From: Pseudomonadota bacterium
Lineage (GTDB): Bacteria > Pseudomonadota > Gammaproteobacteria > Burkholderiales > JAKAFK01
DNA length: 64,000 nucleotides
Assembly (NCBI GenBank): GCA_021788645.1
Contig: JAJYKK010000011.1
Span: 3,167-67,166 of the forward strand
Direction of reading: 5' to 3'
Below the pieces are notes generated by a model. The model ran no database searches and was not told the origin of the DNA. It was given only the letters and a program-made list of their open reading frames with translations. The position numbers and the translations under genes were made by a program. Of this stretch, positions 47,876 to 54,686 are shown one piece after another; within the stretch, counting starts at the first letter, position 1; every line of letters begins with the position of its first letter.

Positions 47876-48721
47876 CTAGGCCTGCGATGCGACGACCCGC
47901 TCCAGCAAGCGCAGGAAGTCCGCTTCGCACTGGACGGCCGACAGATCGCTTGTGGTCACGATATAGCCGTGCGCTGCCGCGATCGCCTCGTAGCGGGGAA
48001 TGCGCGAATAGAACAGCGGCCGGAAGATCCAGCGGACGAAGGCATCCGGGTCGATCAAGGCGACATAGGGAATGTCGTGTTCGCGCATGTAGCGCTCGAG
48101 CTGCTCTTCCAGAAAGGCTTCCCGGTAATAGAGGGGCTTGGGGTCCTCTTCCGCGCGCCGGATGAGCGCATGCTCGTCCTGATCGCTCGCCTTGATGTAG
48201 AGGATCAGCGTATGCTCGCTCAAGACCTGCAGCACGTCGGGGTCATCCAGCTCGCAAACGCTGCCACCCGCATCGTTGACGAAGTGCCGATAGCCATAGA
48301 TCGCGCGCGCCTTGCGGATGAATTCGGGCACATCGCGCATGGCCGAAATCTCCCCCTGCCGGTGCAGTTCCTGGCGTCGCTTGAATTCGTGCAGCCCGAG
48401 CCCCCCCCGCGCAGGGTCACCGACCTTGCCGAGAAAACTGGACACAGGTTTCAGGTTGTCGACTGTGATATTGTTGCTGATGTAGATCGAATCCGTGCGC
48501 AGCAGGTCGCGCAGAAAGGGAATCTGCATGGCCTGGAGCTTGATGTTGTCGAGAATGGGCTCGTCGAGGTAACGGGTACCGATGCGATAGTCGCCCGAGT
48601 AGTGGAACCAATGGCGTCGGCGCAGCATATGGGCCAGTCGCGTCTTGCCCACGCCGGACATTCCCAGCAGGGTGATGCACTTATTGTCCCATGCTATAAA
48701 ATCCTTAAGGCTGAGTTTCAC
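47876..48721 (-). CDS. P-loop NTPase/kinase-like protein of unknown function, co-operonic with metA
   Basis: ORF 47876..48802; GTG 48721 is suggested as the start. Walker A GMSGVGKT near the N-terminus. 48 nt upstream of metA on the same strand. Confidence 0.55.
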   Translation of the reverse strand: MKLSLKDFIAWDNKCITLLGMSGVGKTRLAHMLRRRHWFHYSGDYRIGTRYLDEPILDNIKLQAMQIPFLRDLLRTDSIYISNNITVDNLKPVSSFLGKVGDPARGGLGLHEFKRRQELHRQGEISAMRDVPEFIRKARAIYGYRHFVNDAGGSVCELDDPDVLQVLSEHTLILYIKASDQDEHALIRRAEEDPKPLYYREAFLEEQLERYMREHDIPYVALIDPDAFVRWIFRPLFYSRIPRYEAIAAAHGYIVTTSDLSAVQCEADFLRLLERVVASQA

Positions 48722-48925
48722 CGCCGTGCTCCGTCCAATCGGTTGTCGAGTGCGGCAACGCGAGGGGCCAGGCCGCAGGGTGGCGATGCTCCGGTTGCGC
48801 AAGGATGCCTATTGTATTCCACTTTGGCGACGGCGCGGAGACGTGCGCTTGAAGGCCGCGCGCGCCATTTTGTGAGGGGGTGACACGTGTCTGAGCCGGA
48901 CGGCGAGCGGCAAGGCGGGGCTGCC

Positions 48926-49459
48926 ATGGAAGAGGCGGCCACCTTCGGGGGAGGATGCTTCTGGTGCCTGGAGGCGGCGTTTCGCGAACTGCGCGGCGTC
49001 ATCCGGGTCGTTTCGGGCTATGCCGGCGGATCCGTAGCGAATCCGACCTACCAGCAGGTGTGTACGGGGCACAGTGGTCACGCGGAAGTCGTCCAGGTGA
49101 CGTTCGACCCGCGCGCGATCGGCTATGCGCAACTGCTGGAGGTCTTCTTCGCGCTGCACGATCCGACGACGCTCAATCGCCAGGGCAATGATGTCGGCAC
49201 CCAGTACCGCTCGGTCATTTTCTATCACTCGGCCGCCCAGCACGAAACGGCGCGCCGCGTGATGGACGAGTTGGCGGCGGCCGGCGCATGGGCGGCGCCG
49301 CTGGTGACCGAACTGTCGCCCGCGACAGCCTTCTATCCGGCAGAAGACGACCATCAGGACTATTTTCGCAAGAATCCCGACCAGCGTTACTGTCAATGGG
49401 TGGTTGGCCCGAAGGTGGCCAAGCTGCGTGCCAGGTTCTCGGCATGGCTTCGCCCATGA
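48926..49459 (+). CDS. msrA: Peptide-methionine (S)-S-oxide reductase MsrA
   Basis: ATG 48926 inside ORF 48887..49459. ATFGGGCFWCLEAAF...GYAGG...NPTYQQVCTG.SGHAEVVQVTFDP. Confidence 0.9.
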   Translation: MEEAATFGGGCFWCLEAAFRELRGVIRVVSGYAGGSVANPTYQQVCTGHSGHAEVVQVTFDPRAIGYAQLLEVFFALHDPTTLNRQGNDVGTQYRSVIFYHSAAQHETARRVMDELAAAGAWAAPLVTELSPATAFYPAEDDHQDYFRKNPDQRYCQWVVGPKVAKLRARFSAWLRP

Positions 49460-49474
49460 CGGAGGCCCACCGGC

Positions 49475-50698
49475 TCAATGGTGCAGGGGCAGCAGGGTTT
49501 CTTCGATCCAGTCGTGGACGCGTTGATGAAACCGGGTCTGTCCCGCGCCTTCGCAAGGTCCATCAGCCCCTTCCGCGGCGGTGAACCGGAGAAACGACTT
49601 CTCGCAGCGAAGGGCTTCGAACACCTCGAGCGACTGCGTGGATAGCGGATCGTGGTCGGCTGCGACGATCAGCGTGGGGCATTGAATCTGCCCGAGGGCC
49701 CCGTCAAGGCGGTAGCGCGCCAGTCCGTGCAGGTATTCGGCCGCCCGCTGGGCGCCATGGGCGATCGTTGCGGACTGGATGCGGGAGGCGAGTGCCGGCG
49801 CTTGTGCGAGAATGGACTCAAGCACGTCATTCGCCTCCAGGTCTTCCCGGGCGGCCAATTCCAGGACGCTCTTGGGGAGCAGGGCACAGATGTCGGCATC
49901 CAGCGCGAGCAGGCCGGGATCGGCCACCAGAGCGGCCACATGGGCACCCATGGCCGCCGCGCGCAAGGCCAAATAGCCGCCTTCGCCGCGCCCCACCAAC
50001 ACGACACGCGAAGGATCGACGTCAGGGCGGGCACCGAGCCATGCAACGGCGCCTTCCAGGACGGCTTCGTAATCGGGCCGCAGAAAAAGGCCCTTCTGGA
50101 ACAGACTGCTGCCTTGACCGGGCCCGTCAAATACCAATGCATGGAAGCCGCGACGCACGGCGGGTTGTGCAATCAGGCAAAACCCCTCCTCCGCGGTCGC
50201 GTCGATCCCCGTCAAGCCGATGAGGGTGGCGCTGCTGCCACCATCTTGGGGCGGCGAGAAAAAATAGCCGTCGAGCGAGCTCTCCCCATAAGGGATCTCG
50301 ACCAATTCGCAATGCCAGGGGCCGAGGGCCACGGACTTCCGGAAGCAGTCGCGGTGGGCCAGCCAGTTTTCTATGAGACAGGCGGAGGAAGGATCGCTGC
50401 GGCAAAAATAGAACGCGGCGCGATAGTATTCCGATGCGCGCAGATAGGCCTCAGAGGCGCTCAATGCATGTCCGCGCGCATGAGCCGCCTGGGCAATCCG
50501 CTCGACTTCCCGTGCGCTCGCTTGCCATTGTCGCTGCCAACTGCTGATGTCCGCCGGCGTCATCCGATGTCGCGCCGCGAGGCATTCGCCGAGGTCCGAG
50601 GCGCCGCAGCTGGCTTTGGAGACAATGCGCAGGTACTGCGCATCAAGGCCGAGATCCGAAAAGAATTCCGTCATGGCGAGGCTCGCATCGAAGAACAA
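49475..50698 (-). CDS. Alpha/beta-hydrolase-fold protein, apparently lacking the catalytic Ser and His
   Basis: Fold pattern HALVFDGPGQG...VVLVGRGEGGYLALRAAA...LIVAADHDPL...FTAAEGADGPCEG. The nucleophile elbow reads G-R-G-E-G-G where G-x-S-x-G-G is expected. Confidence 0.6.
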   Translation of the reverse strand: MFFDASLAMTEFFSDLGLDAQYLRIVSKASCGASDLGECLAARHRMTPADISSWQRQWQASAREVERIAQAAHARGHALSASEAYLRASEYYRAAFYFCRSDPSSACLIENWLAHRDCFRKSVALGPWHCELVEIPYGESSLDGYFFSPPQDGGSSATLIGLTGIDATAEEGFCLIAQPAVRRGFHALVFDGPGQGSSLFQKGLFLRPDYEAVLEGAVAWLGARPDVDPSRVVLVGRGEGGYLALRAAAMGAHVAALVADPGLLALDADICALLPKSVLELAAREDLEANDVLESILAQAPALASRIQSATIAHGAQRAAEYLHGLARYRLDGALGQIQCPTLIVAADHDPLSTQSLEVFEALRCEKSFLRFTAAEGADGPCEGAGQTRFHQRVHDWIEETLLPLHH

Positions 50699-50819
50699 AC
50701 GACGGGCAGTGCTGTGGTGCCCACAACTTCTTTCAGCTTAGTGCATTGGGCGGCGCGCAGGGGTGAGTCCGGGAGAGTGTGCGCGCGCGCACGGAGATCC
50801 GAAGCGCGTGCGAGCGGGT

Positions 50820-50849
50820 TTAGACTAAAAAGAATTCTCGCGGTATAAT
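50820..50849 (+). promoter_or_regulatory. Candidate sigma70 promoter for tRNA-Lys
   Basis: TTAGAC (50820-25), 18 nt spacer, TATAAT (50844-49), about 50 nt upstream of the tRNA. Confidence 0.4.
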
Positions 50850-50900
50850 TGCACCCACTCCGGAAGGTTGGCTTGGGCGACCGTCGGGGCGATTCATCGT

Positions 50901-50976
50901 GGGCCGTTAGCTCAGTTGGTAGAGCAGTGGACTCTTAATCCATTGGTCGAGTGTTCGAGTCACTCACGGCCCACCA
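50901..50976 (+). tRNA. tRNA-Lys (anticodon CUU), CCA encoded
   Basis: Folded by hand. Acceptor GGGCCGT/ACGGCCC, D-arm GCTC-AGTTGGTA-GAGC, anticodon arm GTGGA-CTCTTAA-TCCAT (CTT), T-arm GAGTG-TTCGAGT-CACTC, discriminator A, CCA. Confidence 0.92.
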
Positions 50977-51033
50977 CAGAAACCACGTCCAGCAATGCTT
51001 TCAGAGCAGTTCACAGGACCGATACATCCGAAT

Positions 51034-51058
51034 AAAGGCCCGATTCCGGGCTTTTTTT
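51034..51058 (+). terminator. Rho-independent terminator after tRNA-Lys
   Basis: GCCCG (51038-42), attc, CGGGC (51047-51), followed by seven T (51052-58). Confidence 0.55.
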
Positions 51059-51132
51059 GTGCCCGAGTGTGACCGTTTTGTGCCCGAATTGTACCCGCCC
51101 CATACCCACCCCGTTCGTGCCCGTTTTGTGAC
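51055..51132. repeat. Direct repeats TTTTGTGCCCGA (x2, 21 bp apart) plus a third GTGCCCG-TTTTGTGAC copy; candidate recombinase/excisionase arm sites
   Basis: ttttgtgcccga at 51055-66 and 51076-87. gtgcccg at 51117-23, followed by ttttgtgac. Confidence 0.5.
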
Positions 51133-51183
51133 GGATCTCCGCTCCGGGGGGCGTTGACGCTCACTGCTTCCCGATGCCCATCT

Positions 51184-51200
51184 TTCCGAGCAGCTCGGAA
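51184..51200. promoter_or_regulatory. Palindromic operator TTCCGAGC-A-GCTCGGAA, copy 1 (upstream of the alpA-like gene)
   Basis: Perfect 8-bp arms. An identical 18-mer tttccgagcagctcggaa recurs at 54128-54145. Both copies are followed by a GTGCTATAYGC motif. Confidence 0.5.
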
Positions 51201-51345
51201 TTTTTCGTATCCACATCCGGATCTCGTCGAGTCCGAATCCATTGATCGGCCACCAAAACCACCTGCAAGAGATATAGCGCTCTGGGCTGTGCTATACGCT
51301 TGAACTGGCCATTTGTCGGTCAGGGCGTAGAACAAGGAGTCCCAG

Positions 51346-51681
51346 ATGGCTGCTCATTTTTCCGACACACCTGCGGCATTCGTCCACCCTCTGCAATTTG
51401 TGGGCTGGGAAACGGCGTGTGTGTTGACTTCAACCAGCTTCGCGGTGCTACGGAAGCACCTCTACCGGCAAGTTCTCAGTCCCAGCCTGGAAGGGTTCCC
51501 CTCCCCAGCCGTGCAGGGCGGAAAAGTCTTGTGGGTTTTGCAGGACATCCTCGACTGGCTTGAGACGAAACGCACCTTTCGGCCACCCACCACAAAAATA
51601 GCCGTGCCCGTCGCAGAGTCGCAGCCCGTTCCTCCCGCGCGCGGCCGGGGCCGCCCGAGGAAAATGGCGGGGGACAAGTGA
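51346..51681 (+). CDS. AlpA/excisionase-type HTH protein with C-terminal AT-hook
   Basis: AAGGAG 6 nt upstream of the ATG. FPSPAVQGGKVLWVLQDILDWLETK fits the AlpA pattern (FP.P...G....W...ev..Wl). Tail ARGRGRPRK. Confidence 0.6.
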   Translation: MAAHFSDTPAAFVHPLQFVGWETACVLTSTSFAVLRKHLYRQVLSPSLEGFPSPAVQGGKVLWVLQDILDWLETKRTFRPPTTKIAVPVAESQPVPPARGRGRPRKMAGDK

Positions 51682-52601
51682 TGGCGAGCATTGCGCATGA
51701 AGGCGAGATCTGCTACGCCAAACCACTGGCCCGCGCCCTACTCAGGGACGGCCGCCTGACCTTCGGCGCGCGCGGGTTATTTGCGTTTTTATGGGATTTG
51801 CCGCGGGGCTGGCGTGTAACCGTCGCGCACTTGGTCAACATGGGGCCGGAGGGTCGCGACGCAATCCGCAGTCGCATCGACGAGTTGCAGAAGATCGGCG
51901 CCATGAGAATCGAAGAGATCCGGAAGGACGACGGCAGTGGTCACATCGTCGGGACCCGCTGGATTTTGGTCACGCCTGACCGGTGGGCCGTCGAGTGGCC
52001 CCTGAAAGCCTTGGCGGACGCGGACTCCACCGAGTTACGGGTTTCCCGAAACTCGGTGATTCCGAAACTCGGTGATTCCGAAACTCGGCTTACCCGAACT
52101 TCGGGCAAGCCGACACTAAGGGTCTCCAAGGGAAAAGGTTCTCCCAGGGTTGAAGGTTCTCCAAATACCACCACCCCTCCACCGAAGGACGTAGACGCCC
52201 AGCCTAGTCGCGTGCCGGACGGTGGTGGGGGGGTGGATTCTGGAATGGTCGACGACTTGGTCGAGGCGGCAATTTGGGGTGCACGCATGGCCGGGGCGAT
52301 CCGAAACGAGCCCGGACTGCGTCGCACGGTGCGCAAGCGCGTCGAGTCGCGGCCCTCGGCCGATGACTTGGCCACCCTCGCGGCGTGGCGGTCCTGGAAG
52401 GTTGGGCAGGCTGCTCAGGATTTGCCGCCCGGCCGCTGGCGAGGAGAGGATGGCGCGGAGATCAAGATTCCGCAGGATGGCGACATCATCACAATCCTCC
52501 CTCCCGGGAGCGACCGCTTCAACCCGCGTTCGGTCCCGCGTGCGGTTTTTGCGCGTGCCCTCGCCGCAGGCTCAGTGCGTCTGGTGGAGCGGCTGGCGTG
52601 A
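51678..52601 (+). CDS. Hypothetical winged-helix protein, possible replication initiator of the element
   Basis: Overlaps the alpA-like stop (GTGATG). N-terminal LTFGARGLFAFLWDLPRGWRVTVAHLVNMGPEGRDAIRSRIDELQKIGAMRIEE resembles helix-turn-helix Rep/DnaD-like N-domains. Function not established. Confidence 0.45.
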   Translation: MMASIAHEGEICYAKPLARALLRDGRLTFGARGLFAFLWDLPRGWRVTVAHLVNMGPEGRDAIRSRIDELQKIGAMRIEEIRKDDGSGHIVGTRWILVTPDRWAVEWPLKALADADSTELRVSRNSVIPKLGDSETRLTRTSGKPTLRVSKGKGSPRVEGSPNTTTPPPKDVDAQPSRVPDGGGGVDSGMVDDLVEAAIWGARMAGAIRNEPGLRRTVRKRVESRPSADDLATLAAWRSWKVGQAAQDLPPGRWRGEDGAEIKIPQDGDIITILPPGSDRFNPRSVPRAVFARALAAGSVRLVERLA

Positions 52602-52650
52602 GGGAGCAAAAACACGGCGTCTGCAGCTACAGGTTCAAATACATGCATCA

Positions 52651-52680
52651 GGGGCCGGGGGCTTTGAGAGCCCCGGCCCT
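52651..52680. terminator. GC-rich hairpin between convergent genes (possible bidirectional terminator)
   Basis: ggggccgggggct / agccccggccc with loop ttgag and one bulged G. Followed on the plus strand by ttggtgtt. Confidence 0.35.
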
Positions 52681-52685
52681 TGGTG

Positions 52686-53189
52686 TTAAAAATCGCGGTG
52701 GAGCTCCTCGGGGGTCGAGCTGAGCATTTGCCAGAAATGCGGCCTGTTGCTCTCAATCAGCGGCTTTGTCGGGATCGACGCAAGGGCATCAGCAGCGGCG
52801 TACGCATCCATCCCGGCGGTAAACGGTGCCCGCGCCTCCTCGCCGTATGCGACGAGCACTTTCCCTTCAGGCTGTCGCATCGCCATATCCAGCACAGCCT
52901 GGATCTCTCTGGCACGTGGAGCCCGAGCGGCGGTCAACAGCATGCCGTCCATGACTATCGCAAAGCGAGCGATCCCCGGCAGAAGGTCCTCCGTGGCCAG
53001 TGCTGCGAGCAGGGGAAAGTTCGTCGACGGTCCGCTGCATCTTTCGTCTTCTGGCGTACCCTGCGTCGGGCTCGCGTACAGACGAACTGTCCAACCCGGG
53101 CGCGCGACGAGATTGCACAGGTTAGTTTCGTTATCGCCGGTGTCGCCGCCTTGGTAGCGCCAGGCTTGGATGATCTGTAGCTTCGACAT
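52686..53189 (-). CDS. Hypothetical 167-aa protein (island cargo)
   Basis: ORF 52686..53243 trimmed to ATG 53189, preceded by AAGGAGA 5 nt upstream. No family recognised. Confidence 0.5.
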   Translation of the reverse strand: MSKLQIIQAWRYQGGDTGDNETNLCNLVARPGWTVRLYASPTQGTPEDERCSGPSTNFPLLAALATEDLLPGIARFAIVMDGMLLTAARAPRAREIQAVLDMAMRQPEGKVLVAYGEEARAPFTAGMDAYAAADALASIPTKPLIESNRPHFWQMLSSTPEELHRDF

Positions 53190-53386
53190 CAAGTCTCCTT
53201 TCGATTGGCTGTGTTCGCGAATCATGTTGTTAGCCTCTGACATATGCAGCCACCGCCCCAGGCCGCTTCATCGCCGTCCCCATCGACCGCCAAGGCATCG
53301 CGCTGCCCCCATCACCATCCGCCGTGCGCCAGAAGCGTGCGTCCACCTGCTCGAATGCCTCGCCACAATCGGCGTCGATACGCTCG

Positions 53387-54049
53387 CTACCACGGCTTCG
53401 CCTCTGACAACCGAACCTCGCGTAGGTAGACCAGGAACTCGTGACCGAACGTCGTAGGTTTAAGTCTATCCCCATCGACTGCTACCAATCCGCCGCTCGT
53501 CATGAAGCCCAGCCATCCTTCGAAGCCGTGCTTCGCATAGATCTGCGGGAATTGTTTTGCATAAGGCGTAAAAAACTCTCTTGCCTGCTCTACCGTGACT
53601 TCACCAAGTACATCGAGTTGTTTCAGCCCCAGGATCTGGCTTCCGAAAATTCGGTTGTAGGTAAATTCGAAGCCTGCTTGCAGGCGCGCTATGGCCAAAT
53701 TACGGAGCAGAACCTCGTCTCTGTTGTCAATTTGTACCCCAGCCAGTTCTGCCTGTATCCTTTGCTCCATTTCCGCGACTGCCGGTCGTGGCGGGCCTCC
53801 CGCCAACGGCGGTGCACTCTTTTCCAAAGTCTGAGCAGCAGGGTTTTTCTCGCTCGCTTGCGACTGCCCCGGCGGTTCGAATGTCGCTCTAACCCCCGCC
53901 CCCTCCAGTTGTACCTTTCGCCCTTCGAGGAACGGCATAAGCCGAGGGCCAAGGCGCCAAACGACACCGCTTGCAACGATCGGCCACGCGATCGCCTTCG
54001 TGAATTCCACCCAGAACCATAGCCAGCCTTCTGAGAATTGTTGTTGCAC
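53387..54049 (-). CDS. Hypothetical 220-aa protein: N-terminal TM helix, Pro/Ala-rich linker, helical C-domain
   Basis: ORF 53387..54178 trimmed to GTG 54049, preceded by GGAGGG 6 nt upstream. TM segment GWLWFWVEFTKAIAWPIVASGVVW. No family recognised. Confidence 0.5.
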   Translation of the reverse strand: MQQQFSEGWLWFWVEFTKAIAWPIVASGVVWRLGPRLMPFLEGRKVQLEGAGVRATFEPPGQSQASEKNPAAQTLEKSAPPLAGGPPRPAVAEMEQRIQAELAGVQIDNRDEVLLRNLAIARLQAGFEFTYNRIFGSQILGLKQLDVLGEVTVEQAREFFTPYAKQFPQIYAKHGFEGWLGFMTSGGLVAVDGDRLKPTTFGHEFLVYLREVRLSEAKPW

Positions 54050-54128
54050 TATCGTCCCTCCGTGGCGCTTCGCTAATACCGTCGACAGTATACCCCCGGT
54101 CTCCCTCTGCCCACTCTGATCTGACGAT

Positions 54129-54145
54129 TTCCGAGCAGCTCGGAA
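54129..54145. promoter_or_regulatory. Palindromic operator TTCCGAGC-A-GCTCGGAA, copy 2 (between the divergent 220-aa gene and traJ-like gene)
   Basis: Identical to copy 1 at 51184-51200. Located 80 nt upstream of GTG 54049 and about 250 nt upstream of the traJ-like ATG. Confidence 0.5.
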
Positions 54146-54254
54146 CTCCTGTGCATGCCCGCCGAGAGAGCTATACACCTTTGTGCAGTGCTATATGCGT
54201 GTGTGGAACAGGAAACCGCAGCCCCGGCATGGGTACGAAACATATCCGTAGCAA

Positions 54255-54355
54255 CATTGAACAGGATGGGGCTGGTCACACCGCTACGCTAGGTGACCAG
54301 CCACGCCGGGCCCGTTCGGCGCTTCGCTTCTCCCAGGCCGGCTCATCCTGCCCAG
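54255..54355. other. Candidate oriT (IncP/MOBP-type)
   Basis: 8-bp perfect inverted repeat CTGGTCAC (54272-79) / GTGACCAG (54293-300). On the minus strand the repeat is followed after 4 nt by ATCCTG (complement of 54262-67). The plus strand has ATCCTGCCC at 54345-53. The RP4 nic site is recalled as YATCCTG|Y. Confidence 0.5.
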
Positions 54356-54395
54356 GACTGGCGCCCCGGAGAGACACGCTGACGCGTAGGGAGGA

Positions 54396-54686
54396 TTGAT
54401 GGCTCGCGAACTGGATACGGTCGTGAATGTGCGACTCACCATGGAGGAGAAGAATCACTTGCGCGCGGACGCGGACCTGGCGGCACTCAGTGTTTCGGAG
54501 TTGGCGCGGCGGCGCCTCATGGGATACCCCATTGTCGCCCACGCGGACGCAATATTGATCAAGGAGCTTCGACGGATCGGCGGCCTCCTAAAGTTGGTCC
54601 ACAGCGAGAGCGGCGGGGCATACAGTGATGCGACCGCCGCCGCGCTGCGCGAGGTCCGCAATGCCATTGAGCGGGTCGCCAGATGA
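54396..54686 (+). CDS. TraJ(RP4)/MobC-family relaxosome accessory protein
   Basis: VNVRLTMEEKNHLRADADLAALSVSELARRRLMG...IKELRRIGGLLKLVHSES parallels RP4 TraJ as recalled (IKVYCLPDERRAIEEKAAAAGMSLSAYLL...GDLGRLGGLLKLWL). Confidence 0.8.
   Translation: MMARELDTVVNVRLTMEEKNHLRADADLAALSVSELARRRLMGYPIVAHADAILIKELRRIGGLLKLVHSESGGAYSDATAAALREVRNAIERVAR

Noticed and set aside
48722-48886. Possible SAM-type riboswitch upstream of the ATPase-metA operon
   Set aside because: No recognisable SAM-I, SAM-II or SAM/SAH core motifs by eye. The region is more simply explained as a divergent promoter shared with msrA.
50964-51335. 123-aa minus-strand ORF adjacent to the island boundary
   Set aside because: It overlaps the tRNA-Lys gene, its terminator and the arm-type repeats. 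It has no Shine-Dalgarno and an implausible composition.
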